This document shows, piece after piece, positions 52,730-62,400 of a stretch of 64,000 nucleotides of DNA. Under the pieces are notes generated by a model. That model ran no database searches. It was not told the DNA's origin and worked only from the letters and a program-made list of their open reading frames with translations. Positions within the stretch are counted from its first letter, which is position 1. Each line of letters starts with the position of its first letter. The stretch is from an uncultured Spirochaetota bacterium (lineage in GTDB: Bacteria > Spirochaetota > Spirochaetia > SZUA-6 > Fen-1364): positions 59,598-123,597 of the forward strand of contig CAWJRT010000001.1 of assembly GCA_963845325.1 (NCBI GenBank), written 5' to 3'. A program made the position numbers and the translations under genes.

Positions 52730-52764
52730 GCGGGCGTGCCGTTTCGGCACGCCCGCATTCTTTC
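52730..52764 (+). terminator. Rho-independent terminator (11-bp GC stem, 5-nt loop, T-rich tail)
   Basis: The sequence is gcgggcgtgcc-gtttc-ggcacgcccgc followed by attctttc. A second 8-bp hairpin capped by GCGA lies at 52768-52787. Confidence 0.7.
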
Positions 52765-52980
52765 ACGCCGTCGTCGCGAGACGACGGGGACTTGACGAAA
52801 TGAAACTCGTGTGTGAGCATTTTTGCCATTAGCCAACGGTTCGATCAGGCAGGCACAGGACAGCACGCGCGCAGGGACGTGTGTGCATGCGGAAAGCGGC
52901 GAATCGAGACGGACGTCCCCGTGGCCCCCGGTGCGGCAGAAGTCGGCACCGGGACACGCAGCACCAACGAGGAGGCTTCA

Positions 52981-53874
52981 ATGGGCAGGAAGAAAATCTC
53001 TGTCGGCACCTGGGCGTACATCTGGGGCGGCTACTCAGACAAGCCGATCCCGTTCCCCGCGGTGGTGAAGAAACTGAAAGAGCTGAAGTTTGACGGGATC
53101 GAGTTCGGCGCCTTTGCCCCGCACCTGGAACCGAACACGAAGGAAAAGCGCGCCGAGATCAAGAGGATGCTGGATGACGCCGGGCTGGGCATCTCCGGGG
53201 TCGCCGCGCCGTTCCCGTCCCCGATCACGACGAGCAGGAACGAATACCTCGACGTTGTGAAGGGGCACCTGGAGATGTGCCACGAGATGGGCATCCGCAA
53301 GCTGCGCACCGAGACCAAGGACCCCCCGACGGGGATTCCCGGCGGGCTGGACTATGAAACGGCCTTTTCCAGGGCCGCCGAGACCTGGAACGCGGCCGCC
53401 GAGCTGTGCGCGAAGGGCGGCGTCAAGTTCGTCTGGGAGTTCGAGCCGGGCTTTCTGTTCAACAAGCCCAGCGAGGTCGTCCGCATGACCTACAAGGTGG
53501 ACCACCCCAACTTCACCGTCATGTTCGACTCCTGCCACGGCTACATGTGCGCGGTGGTCGGCGCCCGGCAGATGGGGAAAAAAGAGACCCTCCCGGGCGG
53601 CGTGGTGCAGTTCATCCACATGCTGACCGGCAAGATCGGGGCGGTGCACTTCATCGACTCCGACGGCACGCTGCACGACAACGAGACAAGCACGCACGCT
53701 CCGTTCGGCAAGGGGAAGCTCGACTTCGACGCCATCACGAAGGCATTCCTCGATGCCGGCTACGACGACGAGTGGTGGCCGATTGACCTGTGCTTCTGGT
53801 CGAACGCGCTGGAAGAAACGGCGCCGACAAAGGTCTTCATGGACAGGCTGGTGTCGAGGTTCGGGCAGACATAG
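52981..53874 (+). CDS. Xylose-isomerase-fold TIM-barrel protein (sugar phosphate isomerase/epimerase family) A
   Basis: FDGIEFG, VWEFEPG, MFDSCHG and VHFIDSDG. The start is set at the internal Met 52981 (MGRKKISVGTW). Confidence 0.75.
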   Translation: MGRKKISVGTWAYIWGGYSDKPIPFPAVVKKLKELKFDGIEFGAFAPHLEPNTKEKRAEIKRMLDDAGLGISGVAAPFPSPITTSRNEYLDVVKGHLEMCHEMGIRKLRTETKDPPTGIPGGLDYETAFSRAAETWNAAAELCAKGGVKFVWEFEPGFLFNKPSEVVRMTYKVDHPNFTVMFDSCHGYMCAVVGARQMGKKETLPGGVVQFIHMLTGKIGAVHFIDSDGTLHDNETSTHAPFGKGKLDFDAITKAFLDAGYDDEWWPIDLCFWSNALEETAPTKVFMDRLVSRFGQT

Positions 53875-53949
53875 TCCCCGCGAACGGTCCGGCCGGTCTT
53901 TGCCGTGCGGCCCGGCCATTTTCCCGGAAGAGATCAAAAGAGGAGAGCC

Positions 53950-54798
53950 ATGATCACCTACGGCCTCAACACATTCCTGTGGGCGTCCCCGTTCAAGACC
54001 GAGCACCTGGGCTTTCTCGACAAGGCGAAATCGCTGGGCTTTGACCTGGTGGAGATCCCTATCGAGGGCGAGCAGGACATCGACTACGCGAAAGCGGCGG
54101 AAGCGTACAAGCGCACGGGGCTGAAATGCTCCATCTGCGGCGTCATGGGTGCCAGCCGGGACCCGTCCCACGAGGACGAGGCCATCCAGGCGGGAGGGGT
54201 GGCATATCTGAAGCACCTCATTGACGCGGCGGTGACGATGAAGGCAGTCGCGGTCGTCGGCCCCCACTATGCCGCCGTGGGCCGCACGTGGCAGGCCACC
54301 CCTGAGCAGCGCAAGAGAGACCTGGAGCGCTGCGCGAAGAACCTGAAGCAGGTGGCTCGCTACGCGGAGGACAAGGGGATCACCCTGGCCATGGAGCCGC
54401 TGAACCGGTTCGAGACGAGCTTCATCAACCTGACGGAACAGGCGCTGGAGCTCATGAAGATGATCGGCAGCCCCCGCGTGAAGCTGATGATGGATACCTT
54501 CCACGCCAACATCGAGGAGAAGAACCTCGGCAGGGCCATCGAGGCCGCCGGCGCTAACCTCGTGCATGTGCACGCTAACGAGAACGACCGCGGAACTCCC
54601 GGCACGGGCCATGTGGCGTGGAACGAGATCGCAGCCGCGCTGAAAAAGGTGAAGTTCGACGGCGCGCTCGTCATCGAGTCGTTCTCCACAGAGGTCAAGG
54701 AGATCGCGCGCGCCGCGGCCGTGTGGCGGCCCCTGGCGCCGACGCCTGATGGCCTGGCGAAGGACGGCCTGGCGTTTCTGAAAAGCCTGATGGCGTAG
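53950..54798 (+). CDS. Xylose-isomerase-fold TIM-barrel protein B (ketose 3-epimerase-like)
   Basis: [45 protein letters not shown] and LVIESF. Confidence 0.8.
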   Translation: MITYGLNTFLWASPFKTEHLGFLDKAKSLGFDLVEIPIEGEQDIDYAKAAEAYKRTGLKCSICGVMGASRDPSHEDEAIQAGGVAYLKHLIDAAVTMKAVAVVGPHYAAVGRTWQATPEQRKRDLERCAKNLKQVARYAEDKGITLAMEPLNRFETSFINLTEQALELMKMIGSPRVKLMMDTFHANIEEKNLGRAIEAAGANLVHVHANENDRGTPGTGHVAWNEIAAALKKVKFDGALVIESFSTEVKEIARAAAVWRPLAPTPDGLAKDGLAFLKSLMA

Positions 54799-54811
54799 AG
54801 AGGGGAGAAAC

Positions 54812-55813
54812 ATGTCGCGACCTGTGACGCTTTTCACCGGACAGTGGGCGGACCTGCCGCTGGAAACGGTGGCCAAGAAGGCGAATGCCTGGGGCTTCGA
54901 CGGGCTGGAGCTCGCCTGCTGGGGAGATCACTTCGACCCGGAGGCGGCCCTGGAGAAGGACTCCTACGTGAAGGAGAAGCGCGCGCTCCTGGAGAAGAAC
55001 CACCTGAAATGCTTCGCCATCAGCACCCATCTCATCGGGCAGTGCGTGTCCGACGACCCGATCGACGACAGGCACAAGGGCATCCTCCCCCCGCAACTCT
55101 GGGGAGACGGAAAGCCGGAGGGTGTACGCCAGCGCTGCGCCGAGCACGTGAAGAAGACGGCGAAGGCCGCCCGGCTCCTCGGGGTGAACGTGGTCAACGG
55201 CTTCACGGGCAGCCCCGTGTGGGCGAAGCTGTATTTCTTCCCGCCCACAACGCAGGCGATGATCGACACGGGGTATAGGGACTTCGCCGCACGCTGGATT
55301 CCCGTGCTGGACGAGTACAGGAAGGAGGGGGTGAGGTTCGCCCTTGAAGTGCACCCCACCGAGATCGCCTACGACATCGTGACAGCCCGGCGAACGCTGG
55401 ACGCGCTGAAAGATCACCCGGCGTTCGGGTTCAATTTCGACCCCAGCCATTTCATCCACCAGTTCGTCAATCCCGTGGCGTTCATCGAGGAGTTCCCGAA
55501 GCGGATCTTCCACTGCCACGTGAAGGACTCCCGGCTCCAACTCAACGGCCGCAACAGTATCCTCGGCGGCCACATGGACTTCGGCGACGGGCGCCGCGGC
55601 TGGGACTTCGTCTCACCCGGGCACGGGGACGTGAAGTGGGACCCCATCATCCGCGCGTTCAACCGCATCGGCTACACCGGCCCCCTGTCCATCGAATGGG
55701 AAGACAGCGGCATGGACCGCGAATGGGGCGCTCCGGAGGCCCTGGCGATGGTCCGAAAGCAGGACTTCGCCGCATCTTCCGTTGCGTTCGACGCCGCCTT
55801 TTCGTCGAAGTAG
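54812..55813 (+). CDS. Xylose-isomerase-fold TIM-barrel protein C
   Basis: [36 protein letters not shown] and LSIEWED. Confidence 0.8.
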   Translation: MSRPVTLFTGQWADLPLETVAKKANAWGFDGLELACWGDHFDPEAALEKDSYVKEKRALLEKNHLKCFAISTHLIGQCVSDDPIDDRHKGILPPQLWGDGKPEGVRQRCAEHVKKTAKAARLLGVNVVNGFTGSPVWAKLYFFPPTTQAMIDTGYRDFAARWIPVLDEYRKEGVRFALEVHPTEIAYDIVTARRTLDALKDHPAFGFNFDPSHFIHQFVNPVAFIEEFPKRIFHCHVKDSRLQLNGRNSILGGHMDFGDGRRGWDFVSPGHGDVKWDPIIRAFNRIGYTGPLSIEWEDSGMDREWGAPEALAMVRKQDFAASSVAFDAAFSSK

Positions 55814-55831
55814 GACCGGAGGCAGGAAGCG

Positions 55832-57022
<1,191 letters not shown>

Positions 57023-57071
57023 GCTCGGAGCACAGGGGAGGCCGGGCGCTGTCCGGAACGGGCGGCAGGAG

Positions 57072-57365
57072 ATGGTCCGCGAGTTCGAGCCTGACGGCAT
57101 CAGCGTCCTCGACCTCGACTTCACCACCCACGGCGTGAACGCCAGGATGGAACGGTGGTACGCCCACGCGGCGCCGATCGTCGGCTGCACGAGGTCTCCC
57201 ACGGGCCTGGTCCCGGGCGGACGCACGAGCAGGGAAATCGCCGAACGCCTGTGCCTGACCATCAAGGCCGTGGACTTCCACCGGATGAACCTGAGGAAGA
57301 AGCTGGGCATTGACGGCTCGACCCGCAGCCTGCAGTCGCGCCTGCTGGAAAGCGGAGAATCCTAG
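57072..57365 (+). pseudogene. Remnant of a PAS/LuxR-type regulator
   Basis: The C-terminal TSREIAERLCLTIKAVDFHRMNLRKKLGI is the second half of a LuxR HTH. The usual preceding LTxRExEVL helix and most of the sensor domain are absent. Confidence 0.4.
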
Positions 57366-58540
57366 ACCTTCGGGACCTTGACCAGCCTGCCGTCCTCCAG
57401 GCCGCTGCGGTAAATCGCATCCGTGACCGCGGCCACCTGGCAGGCGTCGGCGAACGTCGGGACGGAGTACGCCGCGTCGGGCTGGCCGAGCAGCTTCAAG
57501 CCAAGGTGCAGGTACTGCCAACGGAAATACTGCAAATAGCCGTTGCTCAGGCCCGGCACGGTGTCGGTGTTCAGGTGGCCGTCGGCGCCAGGGTCGGAGA
57601 CATGGATGTGTGTCCAGCCGCGCTCACGCGAAGGGACCTTGACCCCGTCCGGCCTGGTGTGCGAGTAGAACTTGAGGTAGCCCTGGTCCTCGAGCTCCCA
57701 CCGCACACCGCCGCGGTTTCCGTGGATGGAGTTCTCGAAGAACGCCTTGTGGCCCGTGGACGTGCGGTTCGACCGGAATGTGACGGCGCAGCCGTTGTCG
57801 AAGGAGGCCACCGCCTCGAAGGCGTCCACCGCTTTGCCCTTCGCCCGCTTGTCTGAACCCCTGATCATTGTCAACTCCTCACCGTCGCCGTCGTACATGC
57901 GCGTCTGCGCCGACACCTCGGTGATCTTCCTGCCCAGGACGAACTGGATGAGGTCGACCTGGTGGGCGCCGAGATCCTCGATCACCCCCCCGAGGCCCTG
58001 CTCGGCCTGGAAGCGGAAGTTGGATCTCCCCCCGCGCCCCCAATCCTGGAGAAACTCCGACGCGCCCTCGAAATAGCCGGACTTTCCCAGGACCAGGCCG
58101 TCCTGGATGAGGCGGCGCGCCTCCAGCACCCCCGGGGCACCCTGGTAGCAGAAGGTGACCATGGTCGCAGCGCCGGCCGACCTGGCGGCGGCCGCCATTT
58201 CCTGAGCGCGCTCGAGGGACGAGCTGAGCGGCTTTTCGCATACCACGGCTTTGCCCGCCTTGAGCGCGGTAATCGCCATCGGGGCGTGCTCCCTGTTCGG
58301 GGCGGCCACCACGACGAGGTCGGCCCGGCCGATCTCCTTTTCCCATTCCGTCGAGGTGCGATTGTAGCCGTACATCTTCTGGGTGACGGCGAGCCTGTCA
58401 ACTGCCTGTCCCGCCACGCAGTCCATGACGAACTCCAGACCGCGGGGACGGAGCTGCTGGTTGGCCTCGAGGATGGCGCGGGGGTGGGCGATGCCGCCCA
58501 TGAACCCCTGGCCAATGACCAGGACATTGATCTTCTTCAT
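57362..58540 (-). CDS. Gfo/Idh/MocA-family oxidoreductase (second, divergent copy)
   Basis: MKKINVLVIGQGFMGG, AVVCEKPLS and GGVIEDLGAHQVD. The start is set at the internal Met with a good Rossmann N-terminus. Confidence 0.8.
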   Translation of the reverse strand: MKKINVLVIGQGFMGGIAHPRAILEANQQLRPRGLEFVMDCVAGQAVDRLAVTQKMYGYNRTSTEWEKEIGRADLVVVAAPNREHAPMAITALKAGKAVVCEKPLSSSLERAQEMAAAARSAGAATMVTFCYQGAPGVLEARRLIQDGLVLGKSGYFEGASEFLQDWGRGGRSNFRFQAEQGLGGVIEDLGAHQVDLIQFVLGRKITEVSAQTRMYDGDGEELTMIRGSDKRAKGKAVDAFEAVASFDNGCAVTFRSNRTSTGHKAFFENSIHGNRGGVRWELEDQGYLKFYSHTRPDGVKVPSRERGWTHIHVSDPGADGHLNTDTVPGLSNGYLQYFRWQYLHLGLKLLGQPDAAYSVPTFADACQVAAVTDAIYRSGLEDGRLVKVPKV

Positions 58541-58887
58541 GGCACCCTCTCGTTGACGTTCTCCGCCTGCGCGGCGGGATTCTGGAGGCCTCGGACACTG
58601 ACTCGGTCCAGACTCGAAAACGGGCCTGCGTAATTGGCCTCGGCCTTCCCGGACTATAGCCTCGGTCCTCGAAGATGCCAAGTAGAGGCTTTCAAAAAAT
58701 CGCCGACAGGAAAAGCGTGATGATCAGCTCATCGGAACCTCGACCCTGCCCTATGCATAGCTCTGATCTCGGAGCGGGCCTGGCCGATCTGGCGTGATGC
58801 TGAGCCATCCTGGAATCTCCGGGCGCGTTGCGTGAAGCCTCTTCCCGGCTTCGGCGGGGCGGTCGAAGCCGCCGGATTCTGATCTGG

Positions 58888-58914
58888 GGGCGGCCGCCCG
58901 GCCGCCCTTCGTTT
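58888..58914 (+). terminator. Terminator-like hairpin (8-bp GC stem, 4-nt loop) plus TTCGTTT; this is the target motif of the group IIC intron
   Basis: The sequence is gggcggcc-gccc-ggccgccc followed by ttcgttt. The intron's GTGTG starts at the very next base. A second 8-bp hairpin lies at 58846-58871. Confidence 0.65.
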
Positions 58915-60777
58915 GTGTGCTGGGCATGTTCACTAGCTTCGGGGTGAAAGTCCCCTCGCCAACCTGATGGAGGTGAAGGCGTAGCGAAACGCAAGGGCAC
59001 TTATCTCGTGAGAGCGTGTCCGAAAGAAGCGTGGAACAAAGGCGCGAGCCGACGAACAGAAACTGGATACAAGGCATACCGAGTCGGGCGAGCGGGCAAA
59101 TGACCGTAAAGCCCATATCCATCAAAGATTCGGGTTGTAGATCCAGCGGTTGTGCGCTGAAGGCGGGTGAACTTACCCCAGGAGGTCTGGCAGATGTCCT
59201 GGAATCAGGACTGAGGGATTCGCGAGGATTCCTGATCGTCTGCCAGAAGTCAGCAGAGGGCATAGTAGGGTCGTTGACCTGAAGGCCCGAACGGCAAGAG
59301 AGACGAGTACGGGGAGCAACTCGAAGTGGAGAAGCGACAGAAAATCCAGTACGAGCTGGCCTTCACGGGCGAAGGAAGGGGTGAAGCCTCCAGGGCGCCC
59401 GAGGAAGGGATCGAATCCACGGCGGCGAAACTCGGTACGGAAAGTCAGGCGAACACGGACAAGCTGATCGAGGAGGTATGTGAGAAGGAGAACCTGAAGG
59501 AAGCGCTGAGGCGCGTGAAAGCCAACGCAGGGGCGGCGGGAGTTGACGGAATGACGGTGAAGGAACTGCCGGATTTTCTGCGGGAGAATTGGCCGCGGTT
59601 GAAAGAACAGCTTTTGTCAGGGACCTATCGGCCACAGCCTGTGAGGCGGGTAGAGATACCGAAAGCGGGAGGAGGCACGAGGAAGCTCGGCATTCCCACG
59701 ACGGTGGATCGATTCGTGCAACAGGCGGTGCTGCAGGTTCTACAAAAGCGCTGGGACCCCACATTCAGCGAAAACAGCTACGGATTCAGGCCAGGGCGAT
59801 CGGCACATCAGGCGGTGGCGAAAGCGCAAGAATATATCCAGCAAGGCTATGACTGGGTCGTAGACTTGGATTTGGAAAAGTTCTTTGACCGCGTGAACCA
59901 CGACGTACTGATGAGTCGCGTAGCCAAAAGGATCAGCGACAAGCGCATGCTAAAACTGATCCGAGGGTTTCTGAGCTCGGGAGTGATGGAAAACGGGCTT
60001 GTGGGCCCGACGGATGAAGGAACGCCACAAGGCGGTCCTCTTTCGCCGCTTCTTTCCAATCTGCTGCTCGACGATTTGGACCGAGAGTTGGAGCGACGTG
60101 GGCATCGCTTCGTTCGCTACGCAGATGACAGTAATATCTACGTGAAAAGCGAGCGAGCGGGCCAGCGAGTGATGGAAGGCGTGAAGCATTTCCTTACACG
60201 TAAGCTCAGGCTCAAAGTGAACGAGTCGAAGAGCGCGGTGGCACGACCCAAGGATCGGAAGTTTCTCGGGTTCAGCTTCACGAACGGAGAGGTGGTAAAG
60301 AGGCGCATTGCGCCCAAGACCATCCTGCGTTTCAAGGAGCGAATTCGGGAGCTGACACGGCGGACACGCGGAATCAGCATCGAGCAGATGATCGAAGAAC
60401 TTCGCCGCTACATGATCGGATGGCGGGGCTACTTCGGATTCTGCCAAACCCCCAGCATACTCACGGACTTGGAAAGATGGACCCGAAGGCGTCTACGCTG
60501 TGTGATCTGGAAACAGTGGAAGCGCGGAAAGGTTCGCTTCAAGGAACTGAGATCGCGCGGGGTCGGCAAAAGCCTCGCTGCCAAGACGGCGGGGAGCGCA
60601 CACGGACCATGGAGGCTGAGCAACAGCCCTGCTCTGAACGTTGCGCTGCCGAATGCTTTCTTCAACTCCCTCGGCCTCCGGCCACTTGTCACATGAATGC
60701 TCAATCTTGCCGAACCGCCGTATGCGGACCCGCATGTACGGTGGTGTGACAGGGAAAACCCGTGAGGGTCAACCTAT
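58915..60777 (+). mobile_element. Group II intron, bacterial class C (IIC), apparently intact (1863 nt)
   Basis: The 5' end GTGTGCTGGGCATG...GGGTGAAAGTCCCC...AACGCAAGGG closely resembles the Oceanobacillus IIC ribozyme as I remember it. Domain V at about 60712-60747 (gaaCCGCCGTATGCGgaccCGCATGTACGGTGGtg) has a CGC triad and a 2-nt bulge. Domain VI is GGG-AAAA-CCC-GUGA-GGG-UCAA-CCU-AU with a GNRA loop and unpaired A residues 6-7 nt from the 3' end. Confidence 0.85.
59326..60696 (+). CDS. Group II intron reverse transcriptase/maturase (no endonuclease domain)
   Basis: Intact 456-aa ORF with RT blocks (GVDGMT, RRVEIPKAGGGTRKLGIPT, GTPQGGPLSPLLSN, RYADD) and the maturase X domain (RGWRGYF). GTG start in domain IV. 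Confidence 0.9.
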   Translation: MEKRQKIQYELAFTGEGRGEASRAPEEGIESTAAKLGTESQANTDKLIEEVCEKENLKEALRRVKANAGAAGVDGMTVKELPDFLRENWPRLKEQLLSGTYRPQPVRRVEIPKAGGGTRKLGIPTTVDRFVQQAVLQVLQKRWDPTFSENSYGFRPGRSAHQAVAKAQEYIQQGYDWVVDLDLEKFFDRVNHDVLMSRVAKRISDKRMLKLIRGFLSSGVMENGLVGPTDEGTPQGGPLSPLLSNLLLDDLDRELERRGHRFVRYADDSNIYVKSERAGQRVMEGVKHFLTRKLRLKVNESKSAVARPKDRKFLGFSFTNGEVVKRRIAPKTILRFKERIRELTRRTRGISIEQMIEELRRYMIGWRGYFGFCQTPSILTDLERWTRRRLRCVIWKQWKRGKVRFKELRSRGVGKSLAAKTAGSAHGPWRLSNSPALNVALPNAFFNSLGLRPLVT

Positions 60778-60821
60778 GTCGATCATGCTGATCCTGCCCT
60801 GGCGGGGTCTCCCTGGCCGCG

Positions 60822-61961
60822 CTACGCCTGGAGTTCTCCAACGCTGGCCTGGATCCTCCGCCCGCCCGCGGTGAGAACCAGCAATCCCGCCGCCGCGAGA
60901 AGCGGGAACATGCCGAGCGCCAGATGGAATGAGACCCAGCGGGAAACCAGTGACACGATGAACGGCACGACGATTCCGCCGACGGGCACGGCCAGCTTCA
61001 CGATCCCGAGTGCTGTTCCCGACATGTCGCGGTACATGATTCCCGTCAGGGTGATCAGCAACGGGAGCAGCGAGGAGACTCCGAGGCCCGTGAGTATGAG
61101 CGCCGCGATGGTCCCGGCCGGCGGGAGCGCCACAAAGAACAATACGAAGGAGAAGACCGCGGCTGCCGCGAACAGCCAGCGGATCATGAGGAGAAGCCGG
61201 ACCCGGCCCGCAAGAAGCCCCAGCAGCATCCGGCCGGCGGCGATTCCGCCGAGGAAAAGGACAAGCCCGATATTCGAAGGCACGATTTCGTAGCCGCGGA
61301 TGGTCCTGAGGAATCCCGGGAGGAGGCCGGTCAACCCCAGCTCGATGCCGACGCCGAAGATGGCCAGGACGAGGAGCGTGGCAAGCACTCCCTGCGTCCT
61401 GAGAAACTTCAGTCTGCGGGACAACGGCTGCGATCCCTGGCCTCCCGTGCCCGCCCTCGAAAAGAGGAAAAGGACGGCAAGCGCGCACACCACGGCCGCC
61501 GACTGCACCATGGATCGATGCCAGTCCATCTGCAGGAAGATGAGGTACAGCGTGATGCCCAGGGCGCCGAATGTCACGAAGAAATGGTTGATGCTGATGT
61601 GAAGCCCCTGGCGCTTCTTGTGGATGCCGAGAAGCATCGCATCCGCAACCCCCTCGTAGGCTCCGATTCCCGCACCAATGAAGAGCATGATCACGAGATT
61701 CAGCGCGTACCCGGGCCACCGGTAATAAAGGAAAAATGATACTGCAAGGAGGAAGCTCCCAGCGGACATCAGCCGCGCTTTGTCGGAGCTGTCCGCGAGG
61801 GCGCCCGAGACCAGAACGGAGACGATGAAGCCCACGTTCTGCACGGAGATCAGGAGTCCGGTCTGGTATGGGTTGAGTCCGATGCTCCCTGAAGCGGCGC
61901 CGATGACCGCGGTTCCCACCCCCAGGAAGAACATCGACATGTACGATGCTCCGGTCAGCAC
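60822..61961 (-). CDS. MFS transporter; the 5' end is ambiguous because of the tandem array
   Basis: 379-aa polytopic ORF with about 11-12 hydrophobic segments. The annotated GTG start abuts repeat unit 1, which is open in the same frame. Confidence 0.7.
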   Translation of the reverse strand: MLTGASYMSMFFLGVGTAVIGAASGSIGLNPYQTGLLISVQNVGFIVSVLVSGALADSSDKARLMSAGSFLLAVSFFLYYRWPGYALNLVIMLFIGAGIGAYEGVADAMLLGIHKKRQGLHISINHFFVTFGALGITLYLIFLQMDWHRSMVQSAAVVCALAVLFLFSRAGTGGQGSQPLSRRLKFLRTQGVLATLLVLAIFGVGIELGLTGLLPGFLRTIRGYEIVPSNIGLVLFLGGIAAGRMLLGLLAGRVRLLLMIRWLFAAAAVFSFVLFFVALPPAGTIAALILTGLGVSSLLPLLITLTGIMYRDMSGTALGIVKLAVPVGGIVVPFIVSLVSRWVSFHLALGMFPLLAAAGLLVLTAGGRRIQASVGELQA

Positions 61962-62130
61962 GCCGCGGTAACCCGCGGATTTGACGCCGCGACGCGGATT
62001 TGACGCCGCGGTAACCCGCGGATTTGACGCCGCGGTAACCCGCGGATTTGACGCCGCGGTAACCCGCGGATTTGACGCCGCGGTAACCCGCGGATTTGAC
62101 GCCGCGGTAACCCGCGGATTTGACGCCGCG
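61961..62130. repeat. Tandem array of a 24-bp unit (6 full copies, one 19-bp copy, one 7-bp partial). Each unit contains a perfect CCGCGG-TAAC-CCGCGG hairpin.
   Basis: The unit is cgccgcggtaacccgcggatttga. Copies are at 61961, 62004, 62028, 62052, 62076 and 62100. The short unit cgccgcgacgcggatttga is at 61985-62003. Confidence 0.95.
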
Positions 62131-62138
62131 CTGCGCGT

Positions 62139-62210
62139 TCATGCGGGGCTGGCTTCCGCTCCGAAGCCCAGGCCGACAATACCGACTCTCACTTTCTTGC
62201 CCGTGGACAT
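62139..62210 (-). pseudogene. 23-codon stub with a Gfo/Idh/MocA Rossmann N-terminus
   Basis: AAGGAGG-N6-ATG followed by MSTGKKVRVGIVGLGFGAEASPA-TGA. The TGA overlaps (ATGA) the ATG at 62142 that opens the repeat-encoded ORF. Confidence 0.5.
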
Positions 62211-62400
62211 GAAAAGCCTCCTTGCGTGGATCTCGGAGCTGGGTGCGTGCCGGAAGTATTGCCCGGCCGGGCCCCGGAAATCAAGAGACGGGGATGGCGT
62301 GTGTCCTTTACATCCTTTTTACGCTCCTTTTCTCCGCCCATGACAACTTCCGCGCGGCGCCGGCCAATAGTGTTCCCGTGAGAATATCGAGGAGGTGCGT

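Noticed and set aside
53035-54876. 613-aa minus-strand ORF. Similar long antisense ORFs occur at 9660-10721, 10989-12179, 14880-16175, 22680-23930, 24896-26188, 55871-57310 and 60769-62142.
   Set aside because: These ORFs lie antisense to genes with clear family motifs. They have Arg/Pro/Gly/His-rich, low-complexity translations typical of shadow frames in GC-rich DNA, and I recognise no motifs in them.
58692-59263. Minus-strand ORFs (102 and 170 aa), and plus-strand ORF 59016-59282, upstream of the RT gene
   Set aside because: The region from 58915 onward is the structured domain I-III ribozyme part of the group II intron. The sequence before it holds two hairpins. No coding signal is present.
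61961-62130. Possible CRISPR array, because of short palindromic repeats at regular spacing
   Set aside because: The 8-nt segments between hairpins are identical in every unit (ATTTGACG), so there are no unique spacers. The period of 24 bp is far too short, and no cas genes or leader are present. It is a simple tandem repeat.
61981-62343. Plus-strand ORF encoding RGFDAAVT repeats
   Set aside because: It is open only because the tandem unit lacks stops in that frame. It has no start context or Shine-Dalgarno sequence and runs antisense to the stub/MFS arrangement.
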